Shown: positions 39,606-54,749 of the stretch, in pieces
How the letters are laid out: each line of letters begins with the position of its first letter
Numbering within the stretch: position 1 is the stretch's first letter
Assembly (NCBI RefSeq): GCF_009914755.1
Contig: NC_060940.1
Length of the DNA: 64,000 nucleotides
Direction: 5' to 3' (one strand)
Source of the DNA: the human T2T-CHM13v2.0 reference genome, Homo sapiens
Program-made: the position numbers and the translations under genes
Notes under the pieces: generated by a model
What the model saw: the letters and a program-made list of their open reading frames with translations, nothing else
The model's database searches: none
Told to the model about the DNA's origin: nothing

Positions 39606-39978
39606 TGTTATGTTTTCAATGTTTGTGTCTCTCCACAAGTCATGTGGAAACTTAATCCCAAATGCAATAGGATTAAGAGGTAGGGATGTTTGCAGTTGAT
39701 TAGATCATAAGGAATTCTCCTTTGTAAATGGGTTTCATGGCCTTATAAATGAGGCTTCACATAGCATTCATAATTTTTGCCCTTCCATCTGCTGCCATGT
39801 GAGAACACAGAAACAAGGCATCATCTTGGAAGCAGAAGCGAGCCTTCACCAGACACCAGATATGCTGCACCTTGATCTTGGATTTCCCAGCCTCTAGAAC
39901 TATGAGAAATGAACTTGTGTGGCTTAAAAAATTACTGTTTACAATATTTTGTTATAGTAGTCTGAATAAACTAAGATA
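39606..39978 (+). mobile_element. MaLR MSTD/MLT1A-type solo LTR
   Basis: 'aatgtttgtgtc...aaacttaatccc...catcttggaagcaga...ttgatcttggatttcccagcctctagaact...aactaagata'. Confidence 0.88.
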
Positions 39979-40839
39979 TTAGTCATCACCTTTCTCATCC
40001 ATTTTGCAATAAGGCTTATGATTCCAACAAAATGACCACCATGAGGAAAATAAGCCCACAATGCTTTTACCCCTTTTATTGCTTTTTACTCTTCAATTCT
40101 TTTTTCATGGAAACTTGATACATGAACCTTAGGTTTTCCAACAGGGATAATTGATGACTTTAACAACATATCCTAAAGTCAAACCAATGTATCCCATCAC
40201 AGCAAGGCTGGTAGGAGTTACAGCAAGCTGAAATAACCTAGGTAATGTCCAAAAGTCAGGCAAGAGAGGTCAAAAGTGATCTCTTGCCCAAGGTTCATAC
40301 AGCTTCTGCCTGGATCATGGTAAATGCTCAATCAATGTGAGTTAGAAAAAAATAAGTAGAGGTATTCACTTAGCTAAGAATTTGACATGGGTTCACAAAA
40401 CATATATCACAGAGACACTGAAAACATTTACTCTGTATTCTCAGCATTCTTCGTTGCATTCCACGATGGTATGGCATGGTCATAAAAAGCAAACTCTTTG
40501 AGGACAGAGAGTCCTGGATTCAAATCATAGGGTTTTCCACATTCTGGCTAAGTAACACTGGGGGTTCCATGTTGCCTTCCTCACTGAGAAGCCATAAAGC
40601 TTCAGTGAGATGGTGGTATCTGCATCTTTACTGCTTGCAGCAAGGCATGAAAGATAATAGGGACTTCTTAGACTAAATGTTGCCTTTGTCCATAATTAAA
40701 TACCTCCCTGGGCAAATATACTGATGAGTAGTAGAATGGACTTAAGCCTCACAAGGAGATAGGGCATGGTATCACATTCTCCATTCAGTTCTGACTATAA
40801 GTTCATCTTTTTACAGTAAGAGGTAGGTAGGGGAGGAGA

Positions 40840-41060
40840 TAATGGAGTGAGTAAATTAATGGATTTAAATCTCACTCCTACCATGTACCAGCAGTGTAAC
40901 CTCAGGCAACCTCTCGAAGCTTTCTTTTTTGGTCTTTAAGATAAACATAATGATAGGGTAAATCTTAAATAATAGGATTAAATAAATTAAAACTCTCAAA
41001 GTGCTTAAAACAAGAACTAGCACATAGTTTGCAAGCAATCGATAAATACGAATAAAATTT
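40840..41060 (+). mobile_element. MIR
   Basis: 'ggatttaaatctcactcc...gtgtaacctcaggcaa...aaagtgcttaaaaca'. Confidence 0.65.
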
Positions 41061-41250
41061 ATTTGACATCTATTGTGTTCTAAATAATTTAAAGATACGA
41101 CCTAATTTAAGCTACACTACCTTCTTGAGAGGTTACTGTGAATAACCCCATTTTACAGATGAGAAGATTGAGGCTTAGAGTGATCATCTTGCTCAAGGTC
41201 ACCCAACTAATAAGCGAAAGAGGAAGGATTTGAACATGGGTTGCCTGAGA
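41061..41250 (-). mobile_element. MIR
   Basis: 'ccccattttacagatgagaagattgaggcttagag...ttgctcaaggtcac'. Confidence 0.8.
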
Positions 41251-41949
41251 ATTTATTTAATCAGACTGGGGAGTGCTGTGAGAATAAAGTCTAGAAGTTA
41301 GAAAGAGGAACCTCTTCATTTTGAGAAACCTATGACTCATGGAAAAGAGAGAGGGTGCTGGCCATGAAGGTAGAATACTAGGTGGGTTGGGTGACAGTGA
41401 TAGCTACTCTGGCCAACAGTTAGGCACACCTACTTGGAGTAGCTATTATTAATGGGGCAGATACTAGTATCTTCATTTTATTGATTTGGTTAACTGGTTT
41501 ATCTTAGAAAATAAAGTTGGCACACAAATACTAGTCTGTCTTATTTCTCAGCCTGTATTATAAACCTCTACACTATAAGGTTTAAAGATTTCTGAATACA
41601 CAATGATGTAGCAATTGGGAATGCCTCATCTTCCAGTCACCTGTCTCTTCCCCTTATTCTTGTCTTGTTATCTGTGATCACTAAGACTCTACAAGCACCC
41701 CTCACTAGTTTCCGGAGGAGGAGAAAAGTTTATAGAAGCCAATCCTATAGCTGTGAAAGGAAGCAATCTAGTCTAGACCAGCAAAGTGATGGTGGGTTAT
41801 GACCAAGGAGAGTTTCATTTTATAATATCTATCAAAAAGATTTGCTTTCTGGGGTGTCATGCAATGATCTAAATCAGATTTACAAACCTCTGTATAATCT
41901 ATGATGTCAAACACATCTTTTAGCAGGTTGAGTTTCTAGAGCAGGTAAC

Positions 41950-42326
41950 TGTATTTATCAGTCTAGTTATGGTCCTCATTCAGAGATGGATGGTCATGTT
42001 ACTCAAGACAGGCCAATGATACTACATCCTGGGCTTTTGTTGAAATGGAAAGTATGAGCTATAAGGCTGATGTAAGCTTGGAGCTTTGAGAGGACCAGCA
42101 TTTTAAGGGGTTCAGCCTGAGAATGAAGCCAGTACATGGGAAAGCAGAACCAAGAGATGGGGCAAGAGATATTGAATCCTAATGGCGTCATGTGAACACT
42201 GGGATATATCCTTCTCTGAAGCCAGATAACCTAAACTTTTCAGTTATGTGAACAAAAATCTCCATATTTGTTTACATTTGTTTGTCAAGTTTTTGTTACT
42301 TGCATCTGAGAGATCAGAATAATACA
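41950..42326 (+). mobile_element. MaLR MLT1J/K LTR fragment
   Basis: 'gcctgagaatgaagcca...gaagccaga...cttttcagttatgtga...ttttgttacttgca...aataca'. Confidence 0.75.
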
Positions 42327-43129
42327 GAAAAGAAAATAATAAAATCCAACAATATCAATGATTTCTAATAGTAGAGTCTGATATTCACTCAAATTCACTA
42401 ATTCCCTAAAACATTCCTAGAGACTTGTCATTTGAATGAAGCTACCTAAAATTACGGTGGGAGGTTTTTTTTTTCCTTTTTTTTTTTTGACAGTTACATT
42501 TCAGCACATGAAATTCTCGGCTACCAGATTACTTTAGACACAAGTTTATAAAAGTGCCTATTTTATAAATATTTCTTGAAGTCCTTTTTGGTTGTTGTTA
42601 CAAAGGAGATTGCATAACTTGTTAATTAAGTGTGAACGAGGGTTTCCTGGGAGAGTGAAATGACCACTGATCTATATGGTTCAGTCACAGTGGACTTAAT
42701 ATTCAAAGGAAATGGTCATTTAGAACCAGCATTCACTTGTTCATCTACATTTCTTTCTTCCTTGGTATCTACAATTTAGTCACCAGCCAAATCTTCAATA
42801 GTCTCCATTTTTATTCTGAATATAAAAAGTTTCCCATGATGCTTAATATTGAGCAAACTTGTTCTATTGATTACTTGAGCGAATCATCGATAAGATCAGC
42901 AATTTTCCCTTTAGTCATTCACTATATCTTGTGTAAACAAGTGAGTATTGAGTGGTGCATTTGCTCCTCTCCTCACCATCCTGAGGGCATTGCCAATGGC
43001 ATGAAGACATGGGACCAGTTCTAAAGCCGTGGAAGATTTGGGCCAGAAAGGCCCTGTAGATGCAATGTTTTCCCAAAACATTTTCCATTCTCTGATCATT
43101 TTTGTTTTCCTGAAAACTTCAAAAATAAG

Positions 43130-43850
<721 letters not shown>

Positions 43851-45296
43851 CGTCAAAAAATGCAGCTAGTATTAGCATTTGCTAAAGTATTATTGTTGCA
43901 TCACTGATATTATGGGGACATGATTGTCCCACCTGATTCTGCCTACTCCCAAATCCAAGACTACATCTTTTAAGAAGAGGGCCCAAACCTAAATGTTAGA
44001 CCTTTTTACCAGGGTCTCTTTGTGCCCCTTGAAGACTTAATGATGGGCCCCTCCCTTTATTGACTCACCAGAGTGAAAGCTTATTTCCCCCAAAATATCC
44101 CCCTGGTCATTTACACTCTGAAAAAGGAGCAGTTTACTACAAGATGAATACAATAACAGAATTGTATTCTCTTGTTTTATAAGGGAAGAGTTACATTAAC
44201 TCAACAGTGCTTGGCCTCCTTGTTGGCTATAGGGAATCATAGGGCTTTGAGGACACCACGTGAGGCTCAGCTTTCACTGTCTTTTTTCTCTGAGACAGCA
44301 CTTGCCAGCTAGACATTCTCTGTGCAAAATCCAGGGGTCTCTATACTGTACAAGTTGGTAACATGGCAAGTCAACTAAGGTTCTTTGGTTGCAAGCATTA
44401 GAAACCAACTCCAACATATATAAAGCAAAAAGGAAAATAATTGGTAGAATACGGGGTAGTTGCCACAAGCCATGGAAAAGTTAACACACTGTGGTAAATA
44501 CTACAATTATCCCAGCAGGGATCAGTGCAGCATGATCTAATGAATTGTCTCTTCCAGGCATTCCCTCAAATGGAAGTTTTTCTTTTGTTAGTGGTTTGTT
44601 CCTTCAATGTCAGTTATGGCGGATTCATCCCCTACAACAACCCCAAATGCAGTATATAATCTATTTCCTTTAGCACCATCTTCTAATGATCATGGTTGGG
44701 TGTCTCGATGACTAGACAAAAAATATGAATAGTTTCATCTGTGACTTAGTATGTGCTCATCTGAAGAGAAAATATTGGTAGAGTTTTTAAAAACTGCAGC
44801 ATGCATCAGTTTGGTCAAAACATTAAGACATGAACCAGCAGATGTTTTTGGAATTAAGACTCACATGGTCCTGATGGTGGAGGGCAAAACCCAATCCTTG
44901 TGCTACTTCTGTCTGCTCTTCAGAGAGCAATAGGTTCTCAATGCTCCACATAGGGAGCTATTTTTCCTACAAGTTGTGGAAACTCAAAACTCCAGGGACT
45001 TAAATTGCTAACCTTTACCCAGACCCAAAGTTTTTTTTTTCTTTTTAATAAACTTTATAACTGAAGAATAACAGAGAGAAAAGTACATAAATCATACATG
45101 TGCAGCTCAATAAATTTTCACAGTGAACACACACCTGTGTGTCCACTACCCAGATCAATACATAAAATATAACCTGCACCGCTACAGTTCTGTTTACATC
45201 TCCTTCAATTGAAACCCGCCTCTTCCCTAAGACAATCTGTTTCTTGACTCCTTATAACATAGATTAACTTTATCTATCTTCAATTTGTGTAAAGGA

Positions 45297-45645
45297 TGTT
45301 GAAATCAAATAAAATATGGTGATGAATCTTAAGTTTCAAACATTTTACTCAGGAAGCAAGAATTGCAATTAGGGGTATACACACAGGCTGGGCGGACTTC
45401 AATAGTTCTGAAAAACAAAAAGAAGGTTGGAGGTTCAATAGTTCTGAAAAACAAAAAGAAGAAATGTTATGTATTATTTGTCCAGGAAGTTCATTGGCAA
45501 TAGTAAGGTTTTGGGGAGCTGCTAAGTTCTAATTGGTAACTGAGGGCAGTGAGTAAAACTAGTCTTTAGTCACAGCAGGCTGTTTCAGTAGCTTTTAGAT
45601 AAAACTAGTTTCAGGTTACAACAGGCAGTTTCAGCAGCCAGGCCT
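45297..45645 (-). mobile_element. ERV1-class LTR fragment (MER93-like; family tentative)
   Basis: 'tgttgaaatcaaataaaatat...gcaagaattgcaatt...ttcaggttacaacaggcagtttcagcagccaggc' interrupts the L1. Confidence 0.6.
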
Positions 45646-47736
45646 ATAGCTGGACTTCATCTCAATGTAATGAGTACCCATTGTTCTACATATTCATTAA
45701 CATTTAGTATTTTTAGACTTTTAAATTTTAGCTATGCTTGTGTATGTAGATATATCTCATTATAGTTTAAATTTACATTTTTCTAATGAGTTTAGTTTTT
45801 TAAATATGTTTCTTGGCCGTTTGGATTTCCTCTTTTGTTAAGTGCTTGTTCAAACCTTCTTATATCTTATGCCATTGGGTTGTCTGTCTTGCTATTGCTT
45901 TGTAGAATTTATTAGATATGTGGATTGCAATATGTCCTCCAACTCTTTATTTGCCTTTGTACTCTCTTAATTTTAAAAGTGCAGTTTATCCATCATTTTC
46001 CTTTAAGTTTGGTGCTTTTAAATCTGCTTTTAAGAGATCATTGCATACTCCTAGTTCATACAAATATTCTGTCATCTTCCAGAAAGTTATTGTTTTACAG
46101 TTTATGTTTTGATCTGCAACCTACCTGCAACTCATCCTTTCTTCTGGTGTGAAATGGAAACCAAGATTCACTTCTTTTTCTATACAGATATCCAACTAGC
46201 CTAGCAGTACTTATTGAAAAGCCCCCCTTTCCCCACTGCACTGTAGTATCACATTTGTACATCAATATGGGTCTGGGGTTTTGTGGGGTTTCTATCCTGT
46301 GTAGTTTTTTGTGTATCTATTAATGAACAGAAACTGTATTATCTTAGTCACTATAGCTCTATATAAGTCTTGATATTTGGAAAATGTAAATCATCTAGTT
46401 TTAGTTTTCATGAAGCCAATTTCACTATTCTTGACCCTTTGCCTTTCCATATAAATTTTGAATCAGCTTGTCAATTTTCCCAAAAGGAAACTCTTAGGAT
46501 TTTTAAAATTTAGATTGCATTGAATCTATGAAACAATATGGGAGAGTTTACATCTTCATATAATGAATTTTTAAATCCATAAATGTGATACAGCTTTTCT
46601 CTTAAGTTTTTAGAAATTATCACAATAATGTTTTGTAGTGCTTCTGTAATAGCTTATAAATCCTTGTTTAGACTTATTTTTAAATATATAACATTTTAAA
46701 AGGGTTTTGAATGGTAACTTTAAAAAATTTGTTTCTTAGTTGATAGCTAAATTTATTTAATTTTTATAGTTGATCTTTAATGTCCGTCTGATACTTTATG
46801 TATATATAAAACCATGCCTGGTACAAATAATAATAGTTTTATTTATATCTTTCCAATGTTTATACCTTTATTTCCTTTTCTTGATTTATTTCACTGATCA
46901 GGTCCTCTGTTGAAATAGACATGGTGAAACAAGCATTCTTGCCTCCTTTTCAATTTCAGAGAGAAAGCTTTCTGTGTTTCACCATTGGTATGATATTTTC
47001 TGCATGTATTCTACAGATACTTTTTGTAAGATGAAGGAAATTTCTTTCCTCCTAATTTCAACCTTTTCCTATAAATGGGTGTTTAATTTTATCAAACAAT
47101 TTTCTGTGTATCAACTGAGATGACATGATTTCTCTTATTTTTTTACTGCTTCACATTCTATTTCAATTATTTTATATTGTTAAACCCAGCCTGAATTCTC
47201 AAATAAAGTTATTTTGTTATGATGTAAAATACTGTTTCATATCATTGACATGAATTTACTAATGTTTAAATAATTTTTATCTATATTTATGAGATAGATT
47301 AATCTGTATTTCTCCCTTTTCTAATATCCTTTTACATTTTAGTATCATAAGTTGAGAATGTTTCTTCTTTTTCTGTTCTCTGGAAGAGTCTGTGTAAGAT
47401 GGTGTTATTTCTTTCTTAACTGATACAATTCAGTTCTTAAGCAATATGGGCCTAGCATTTGTTTTTGTGTGTGTGTGTTGGTGGCGGGGGGGGGGGGTTC
47501 TTGCTTATAGGTTATTAATTAATTAATTATGCATGTGATTTTTTAGCAGATACATGGCTATTCATATATTTTACTTAGTTGTATTCAATTGTGTTTTTCT
47601 ATTTGCTGATTATGTCTAAATTGTTTTATGTATTAGCTTAAATTTATTATATTTAAAATTGCCAGAGTAACTCCTTATTATCTGTTCATTCCTGAGATCA
47701 GTAATTTGTAGTATGTGTGCATATGTATGTGTGTGT

Positions 47737-48345
47737 TGTGAGTCTCCAAGACAATGCTCAGACTTCATGATTCAATAGAAGGACTCACAGTATTCAGCAA
47801 AGCTGTACTCATGGTTATGGTTTATTGTAGTGAAAGTGCACACACTAAAATCATCAAAAGGATTTGCTGAAGTCCAAAAGAAATGAGGTGCAATCTTCCA
47901 GGTGTTGTCTCCTTGAGGAGTCAGCAGATGCATTTAATTCTCCCAGCAATGATGTGTGATAATACATGCAAAGTGCTATCAACTAGGGAAACTCACCTGA
48001 GCCTTGAGACCCAGAGTTTTTACTGGTGGTCAGTCATGTAGCTATGAAACAGTTGCGTGACTGACTTCAGCTACTTGATCATATTCTAGTCTCCCAGTTC
48101 AAGACCAGGCATTCACCATAAATTATGTTTCTAGCATAAACTATGTGATTAAACTGGTATGATGTGGCCCAAGGCCTCAGACATATAAAAATACTCTTGT
48201 CAGGCAGAATATTCCATGGGCTCAGTGTTCATCTTCCAGGAGCCAGGCAAGGGCCAGTCTTGAACACAGATTTTTCTTAGGAATGTGCTGGATTTGCTGA
48301 TTTTCTTATGAATGTGCCAAGTTCTGCTGATTTTTTTTTTTTGCA
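47737..48345 (-). mobile_element. MER21-type LTR inserted in L1M
   Basis: 'ccaagac...tagaaggactcacag...ctcatggttatggtttatt...cccagcaatgatgtgtga...ccagagtttttactgg'. Confidence 0.8.
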
Positions 48346-51300
48346 TACTTTCTTTTATTGATCATCTTCATTCTTGCCAGGTTTTATCTATTGTATTAAT
48401 CTTTTAAAGAAACTCCTTTTTAGCTTTGTTGATCTTTATTTTATTTTATTAATTTCTGCCATAGTTTTATTATTTATATTCTTCTTATTTGGGGTTTAAT
48501 TTCCTCCTTTTCTAAGTTCTTGAGATAAATATATTAATTTTCAATCTATCTAAATTTTAATAAATGCCTTTGGGGATACTAATCTCTCACTTAAGCATGG
48601 CTTTAGATGCATCCTAAAATATTTAATATGTTGTGCTTTCATTAAGTTCAAAATATTTTCTAATTCCCATTCAGATGTTTATTTTAATGCGTGTGTTATA
48701 TATAACTGTGCTGCTTAAAATCCAAATATTTGAGGATTTTTTTATATTTTTAAAACAATATTAAAGCTAATTGTGCTATGATTGGAGAATATACTGTAGA
48801 TAATATCAATCCGTTGAAATTCATTGACATTTCTTTTACGACCTAAAAATATGTTGGTACATATTCCATGTCTACTTAAACAAGAAAGTGCATTCTTCAA
48901 TTGTTGGGTATAGTGTTGGGTAATGTCTATTAAGTGAAATAAGTTAATAATATAGTGACAGTCTCCTATGTTCTACATACAAATTTGAGTAAATAAACAT
49001 TTAAATTTATTTTATATTCCTGATTATTGTTTCATTTAACATAAATTCTCCTCTTTATGACTTACTTTTGCTCAAAATATACTTTTTCTGATGTTAGCCT
49101 ATCTGCATCAACTTAATTTGGTTAATTTTAGAATGGTATGTTTTTAGTGGTAGACACTTTTACCCTATTTGTAAACCTATAGCTAAGTTTTGTTTCTTGT
49201 AAGAAGAATATCATTATGCTTTGAATTTTTATACAATCTCTCAATCTTTTTCTTGTAATGGGAACATTTAATCTGAATAAATTTAATTACTGACATATGT
49301 GTTTATATCTACCATCTTACTTTTTGTTTTTTATTAGTCTCATAGATTTTATGTTCCTTCTTCTGTTCTTTGTTACTTCTTTTGTGATAAATACAGTATT
49401 TTGAACAATTTCATTTTTCACTCCATTAATTGTTGGTTGTATATAATTCTTTTCATGGTTAAACTAGATATTCCAACATGAATTCTTGTTATAGAATAAT
49501 AAAAATTAGTATTTTTACCAACAAATTTCTGCTAAATGCAAATAACTTAGAAAAATTTAATTGTATTTGATCTCATCACTTCTATATAATAACAATACAC
49601 TGTTAACCTATATTTTAAACCCCATAAGGTATTGTTTTGCGTAGATAATATTTAGATTGACCCACATATATATATCTTTTTTGTTTCTTAGGCTTTCCTT
49701 CATTTTTATGTTCCTATCTGACTGAATAATCTAGCAGCTCCCCCAATCCTGACCGCCACCTTATTTCTTTTAGGACAAATCCTCTGCTGACAAATTATTT
49801 CATATTGTGTTTGTGTTGAAATACTTTTTTTAACCTTCATTTTTGGAGGATATTTTCACTTGATATAGAATTCTAAGTTGAGAGGGTTTTTTTTTAGCAC
49901 TTTAAAACATGCCTTTTTGATGTTTTTCCATCGTTTTTGTTGAAAATGTTCTGTCAGTCTTGTTGTTTATCTCCAGGTAAAGTGTCTTTCGTCATCCCTA
50001 CTTCTTTTCCATGACTATCTGATTTTTCGTTTCTCTTTGTTTTTGTTTTTTAGAAGTTTTTTATTGTGTGCCTAGGTACGTAGTTTTAAAAAAAAATTCC
50101 TATTTTTTACTTACCTCGTTTGGGCTTATAGAACTTAAGTAATTTGTAGCATAATGACTTCTAAAATTCTTGATTACTATCTATTTAATATTTTTGTTGC
50201 TTAATTCTTTCTCTCCTATTCATTAACACTCCAGTTACATTATGTTAAACTTTGTATGTGTTCCCCATTTTTCTTCCTTTCTGTGCTTCAGTCAATATTT
50301 TCTATTGACTTGTTTTCTATTTGACTAATTCTTTTCCTAACATGTTTTATTTTCCATTTAACCTGTCTGTTGAGGTCTTAATTTCAATTATTTTTCAGTA
50401 ATATAATTTCTATTTGATTATTTTTATACTTTCAATTCTCTAATGATATTCTTCATCTTGTTATCTAATTGACTGAACTTATTAATCACAATAATCTTAG
50501 TCTGCATCTGCATATACCTATGTCTGGATTGCCTACACTTCTGTTTTATTTCCATTTTTTTTTCCTCTTGACCTTTCTTTATTTAGTTCTGTGTCTTTGT
50601 AGTCTGGCAATATTTTATTGAGTTGCAGTTACTGTGTAAGGAATCTGTGGTGGCTCTAGGTGATAGTGTCTATATCTAAAGATGTTCTATTTTGCCTGTC
50701 AGGCAGTTAGAGGAGGGATAAATCATCTTAGTTCAGTCTAGAATGAAGCATATGTAAAACTGAGTCTACTTCTGAATTTCCCTTACTCCCAAGACATGGC
50801 TATTCAGTGGTGCCCCTAGAAAGCCAGAAATAGTTGCCACAAACCCTTCTTTCCTTGGCAGGCCCTAGGCTACAGTTTTTTTTTTTTTTTTCTTCCCAGC
50901 ACCATGAGACTGTCAAAAGCTCTCAGCAGTGTCTCAGCCTCTGGGCTGCTGCTTATGAATTGCCAAATGACTTACCTGAAAAAGTTATGTGTAATGCTGA
51001 ACTGATCTCTCTATGCTTCTCTTGTCTGTAGGATTTTCCCCTCTCAAAGCCTGGCTACCATTCAAGCTCCAAATTCCAATTTTCATCTCCCCAAGCCAAA
51101 ACTCCTCAGTTTCTTCTTGTAGCTGATATATTTTACTTAGTTTTATATTCTCCCACCCTTTGCTGCTTATGAGCCAGCCTCAAGTAGAAAAGTGCTACAG
51201 ACTTTCAGGTTTAACACAATGCATTTCTTCTTTCTGCAAGAACATGGTTCTTTAAATTTTGATTGCCACAGCTCTCCAATGTCTTCAGATGGATTTCTAA

Positions 51301-51416
51301 AATTTTATCCAGCTTTTCTAATTTTTCCAGTGGGAGGATTGATGTGATACAAGCTGTTCTGAAAGGAAGGTGGTTGTAATAATAATCATATACCATAAAA
51401 ACTTGTAATCTTATTG

Positions 51417-51625
51417 CAGGTATTACAAACTCAAATTTCTACAGAGATTAGGCAAGTAAAATAAATGAGAGAAGTATGCCTGGTAAGGACTGTCAAAGTG
51501 CAAATCACATGATCTGTCTAAAAAGGGAAGTGCTATGTGTTACCCACCTTGGGCTTACCAGTGAAAACCAGCAACACAGATGTGTGTATAATCTTTAGAC
51601 TATATGTAGCCGTAAGATGACAGCT
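51417..51625 (+). mobile_element. MER102 fragment
   Basis: 'caaactcaaatttctacagagattaggcaagtaaaataaatgag...cacatgatctgtctaaaaggg'. Confidence 0.6.
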
Positions 51626-52904
51626 GCCATTCTTTTTATTTTTTAAAGTCTATTGTTTCCTACACCACATTTTGCTATATTCAAATACTATATTTAGAAT
51701 TAAATATTTAGTAAGCATCAAAGATAGGAATTTCAATGGAAATTTGAAGAAAAGAAAGATCGCTTTCAGCTGGGTGATCTGGAGAGAAAGAGGAACTGGT
51801 TACACTTTCATAGAGCATCCCTAAGGAATGAACTGGGCAGAGATAGAGGGCCAGGAGATAGCAGGTTGCTTTAGGGAATTAGGAGTGAAAGAAAGTAAAA
51901 CGCATTTCTCCACTTCAGGAGGGTGATAAACAAGTCTGGGTTTAGTCTTGTGCTCCAGAGTAAGTCACCTGAAGACTGATCCTTAAAAATGAAACACCAG
52001 TGTCTTTAACGGAGAAAGTGAGAGACCCACCAAAGCCTTCTGCTATCGGGTCAATTTTTCAGCCTCATAAGCAAGCTCTTGTGTATGTAATTACAACTAA
52101 TATATGGGAGGAACAGACAGGGATGAACAGATGTTGGAACCAAATGAGGATATAGAGAACACAACAGTGTGGTATAAAAACCTGAGTTTATATGGTGCAG
52201 CTGGCTGCATTGCATGTTTTTTTATTATTATTTATTTACAAGGTGTGGCATCTGGCCTTCTATTGTCAAACCTCAATTTTTCTTGCAGTTAATTCTGTCC
52301 TAATACAAAGGCACCCAGGCAACACAGGTGAGAAACTTAGTTAAAAATCTCCTCTGAAAAAGAGATCCAAGGAATTAAAAGAAAGGTGACCTGGAGGCTC
52401 CATTGGAGCTAAATGGGCTCACTTTTATTTGCCTATATTTCAGTCTGGACTCTCTGAGTCTCTCAGAGCTGAGGTCTATTTTGCCTTTGTCGACATGATG
52501 CTAGTCAAGCAGGTTAATGGATTTTCCCCTACTGAGACGCCCACTGAAGTGGAGCTATATAGAGCTAGGCAGGAAGTTAGAAGATGGAAAAAAATACATG
52601 CCATTAACAAGAGTGAAATCTGACCTAAATATATCCTCAACTCATTCTAAATGAGCCCCTTGGAATTGTCCTTGCTCAATCACTAGTTTTCAAACTACCT
52701 TTGTGAATCCCACAGTTAGAGAACCGACGTCTTCTACAGCAACATGGCAGCTTTGTAGAGGGGGTCACCGAGGGTCATGGACTTCCTGTGGTCCAGTGTT
52801 AATTTTGTTTTTATGTTTCCTGGTTTTTGAAGCCTTTTCAGTGGAGAAATCTGTGCAACTTCCTTTATCTTCAGCCTTATATTATGTGTGTCAACCAGCT
52901 TGAG

Positions 52905-53150
52905 TGGCAGTAGAGTACTGGGTTAGAGCAAATGTCTTTTCATCTAGGTGGTGTAGGTTCATATTTTCTACCTACCAAGCTGTGTTGATTGGAAGAGTTG
53001 CTTAATTATCTAGTCCTTAGCTTCTTCATTAACACCAGGGAATAATCCAGTCTACCCCACAGTCTTGTAGGTAGTATTAATCAAAACAATATATGGAAAG
53101 TACATAGCATAGTGCCTAGGACATAGTGTCTACAAAATAGTACCTAATAT
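52905..53150 (+). mobile_element. MIR
   Basis: 'ggttagagca...agttgcttaatt...agcatagtgcctaggacatagt'. Confidence 0.7.
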
Positions 53151-54749
53151 ATTTAATACTATCTTCCTTCTGTGCCTCAGCTGTGATAGAGTTGTAAGTA
53201 TAAGTTGGCTGATATCATTTATTTGCATGTTTTTTTTGTTTCATGAATAAATTTGTTCTCTTAGCATATCCCTACTCCTGTTTCCAAACTTAAAATGTTG
53301 CCCTTTCTGAGAAGTGCCCCCTGACTTTCCCCCATCTTCCTGAGTCCATCACTTCCTCTGGAGCACCATGGTAGAGCAAGCACCCGATTCATGCTCACCT
53401 CTTCATATCAGCACCCTCAAGTGCAGCTTTTCACTGTCACGCAATTAGTAATATATATGCACATCTTCCCTACTTAATACTGAGCGCACCCACATCCATC
53501 AATCCCTGGCTTTTGAACATTCTGTTTCCTGAGCTGCTTCCAGGGCAAAGTCAAGGTCTACAAACGTTGGTAATGTAGGGGTAGATGAGACAGTAGGCCA
53601 CCTATTGCAACAGACTCTTATAATTTGAGCAGAGCTTTAGCTTCTCATAGTTCATTTGCATCTGTCCTCCTAGCTGTGTCTCCTATATTGCCATCAAAGA
53701 TCAGAGGGCATTGATTGAAGTGAGCTGAATTCTCATTTCCTTTTCAACCCCCTCCACCAGTGCATGGCATCTGGGAGCCGCTGCAGCTTCCCACAGCATT
53801 AAGGAGCTTGGCCTTCTGACTAGGAATATTACTTCTCCATAAAGAAAATATTTATCAAATCATTTAGAAGTTTCTGTGACCTACTGCAATTTTGGAAATT
53901 AGCAAATAGTCCTTGTTCATCTTGCAGACGGTATTTTATTATTGGATTAATGTGCAAAAAGCCCCTATTTTGTAGCACCAAATATTTACTTTGGAGACAT
54001 TCTCCAGTTTTATCACGGATTTGCCTTGTACTGTCAACAAATTACTGCAGTGTACATAATGAACTATGGGAATAAAGAAAATATACACAGGGCTAGACTT
54101 GCTTGGAAACATATATTTTGCTTTTCGGGAGGGGATCAGTGAAGAGTTGACATCCGGTCACCCTCTGACTTTATCTTGTGACCCTATCTCATAAAACACG
54201 CAGAAATTTTACTTTTTATTTTAAGCATTTGGGCTGCTTTAAAAGTATAAGCCAGATGTCTATGCCCAGAGTTCAATTTTAGGGCTTAGTTCTACATCAT
54301 AAAGAGCATTTACAACTCCTCCACTAAGCCAGGTAAAACATAGTAAAATGACAACTATGGTGGGGCCATGAAATAGTTTTTGCCATGGTCAGGAGGTTCT
54401 TATGTCTCTATTCAGGAAGCACCTTTCAGGAGCTACATAAATTCTCCACTCTAGAAGAAATATTTAGAGATTTAGAGGATGAAAGTATGGCAGTTACTTA
54501 GTTCTCTTATTGACATAGGAGAACTATATTTGGGTGTGTTTGGGCAAAAGAAAAAAAGCCATCTTCCCTGGTAACTGGATAATTTTTGGACATGCTTCCA
54601 TCCTTGAAATGGGAATCAATATGAAAACTGTCCACTTGTCCATTCAACATGGTAGCTTTCTTCCTGTGACATAGTGGCTGATAGAGAAACATTCTCTGCA
54701 TTATGTTCTAAGCATACCTGTTGACTGTATAGCAAGGTTTTTGATAAAC

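Larger units (their letters stand above)
45030..51370 (-). mobile_element. ancient L1M (L1MC/ME-type), roughly end-to-end, interrupted by two LTRs
   Basis: poly-T and 3' UTR at ~45030; T-rich antisense ORF2/ORF1 relic throughout; L1M 5'-end-like 'cagtgggaggattgatgtgatacaagct' at ~51330-51356. Confidence 0.8.
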
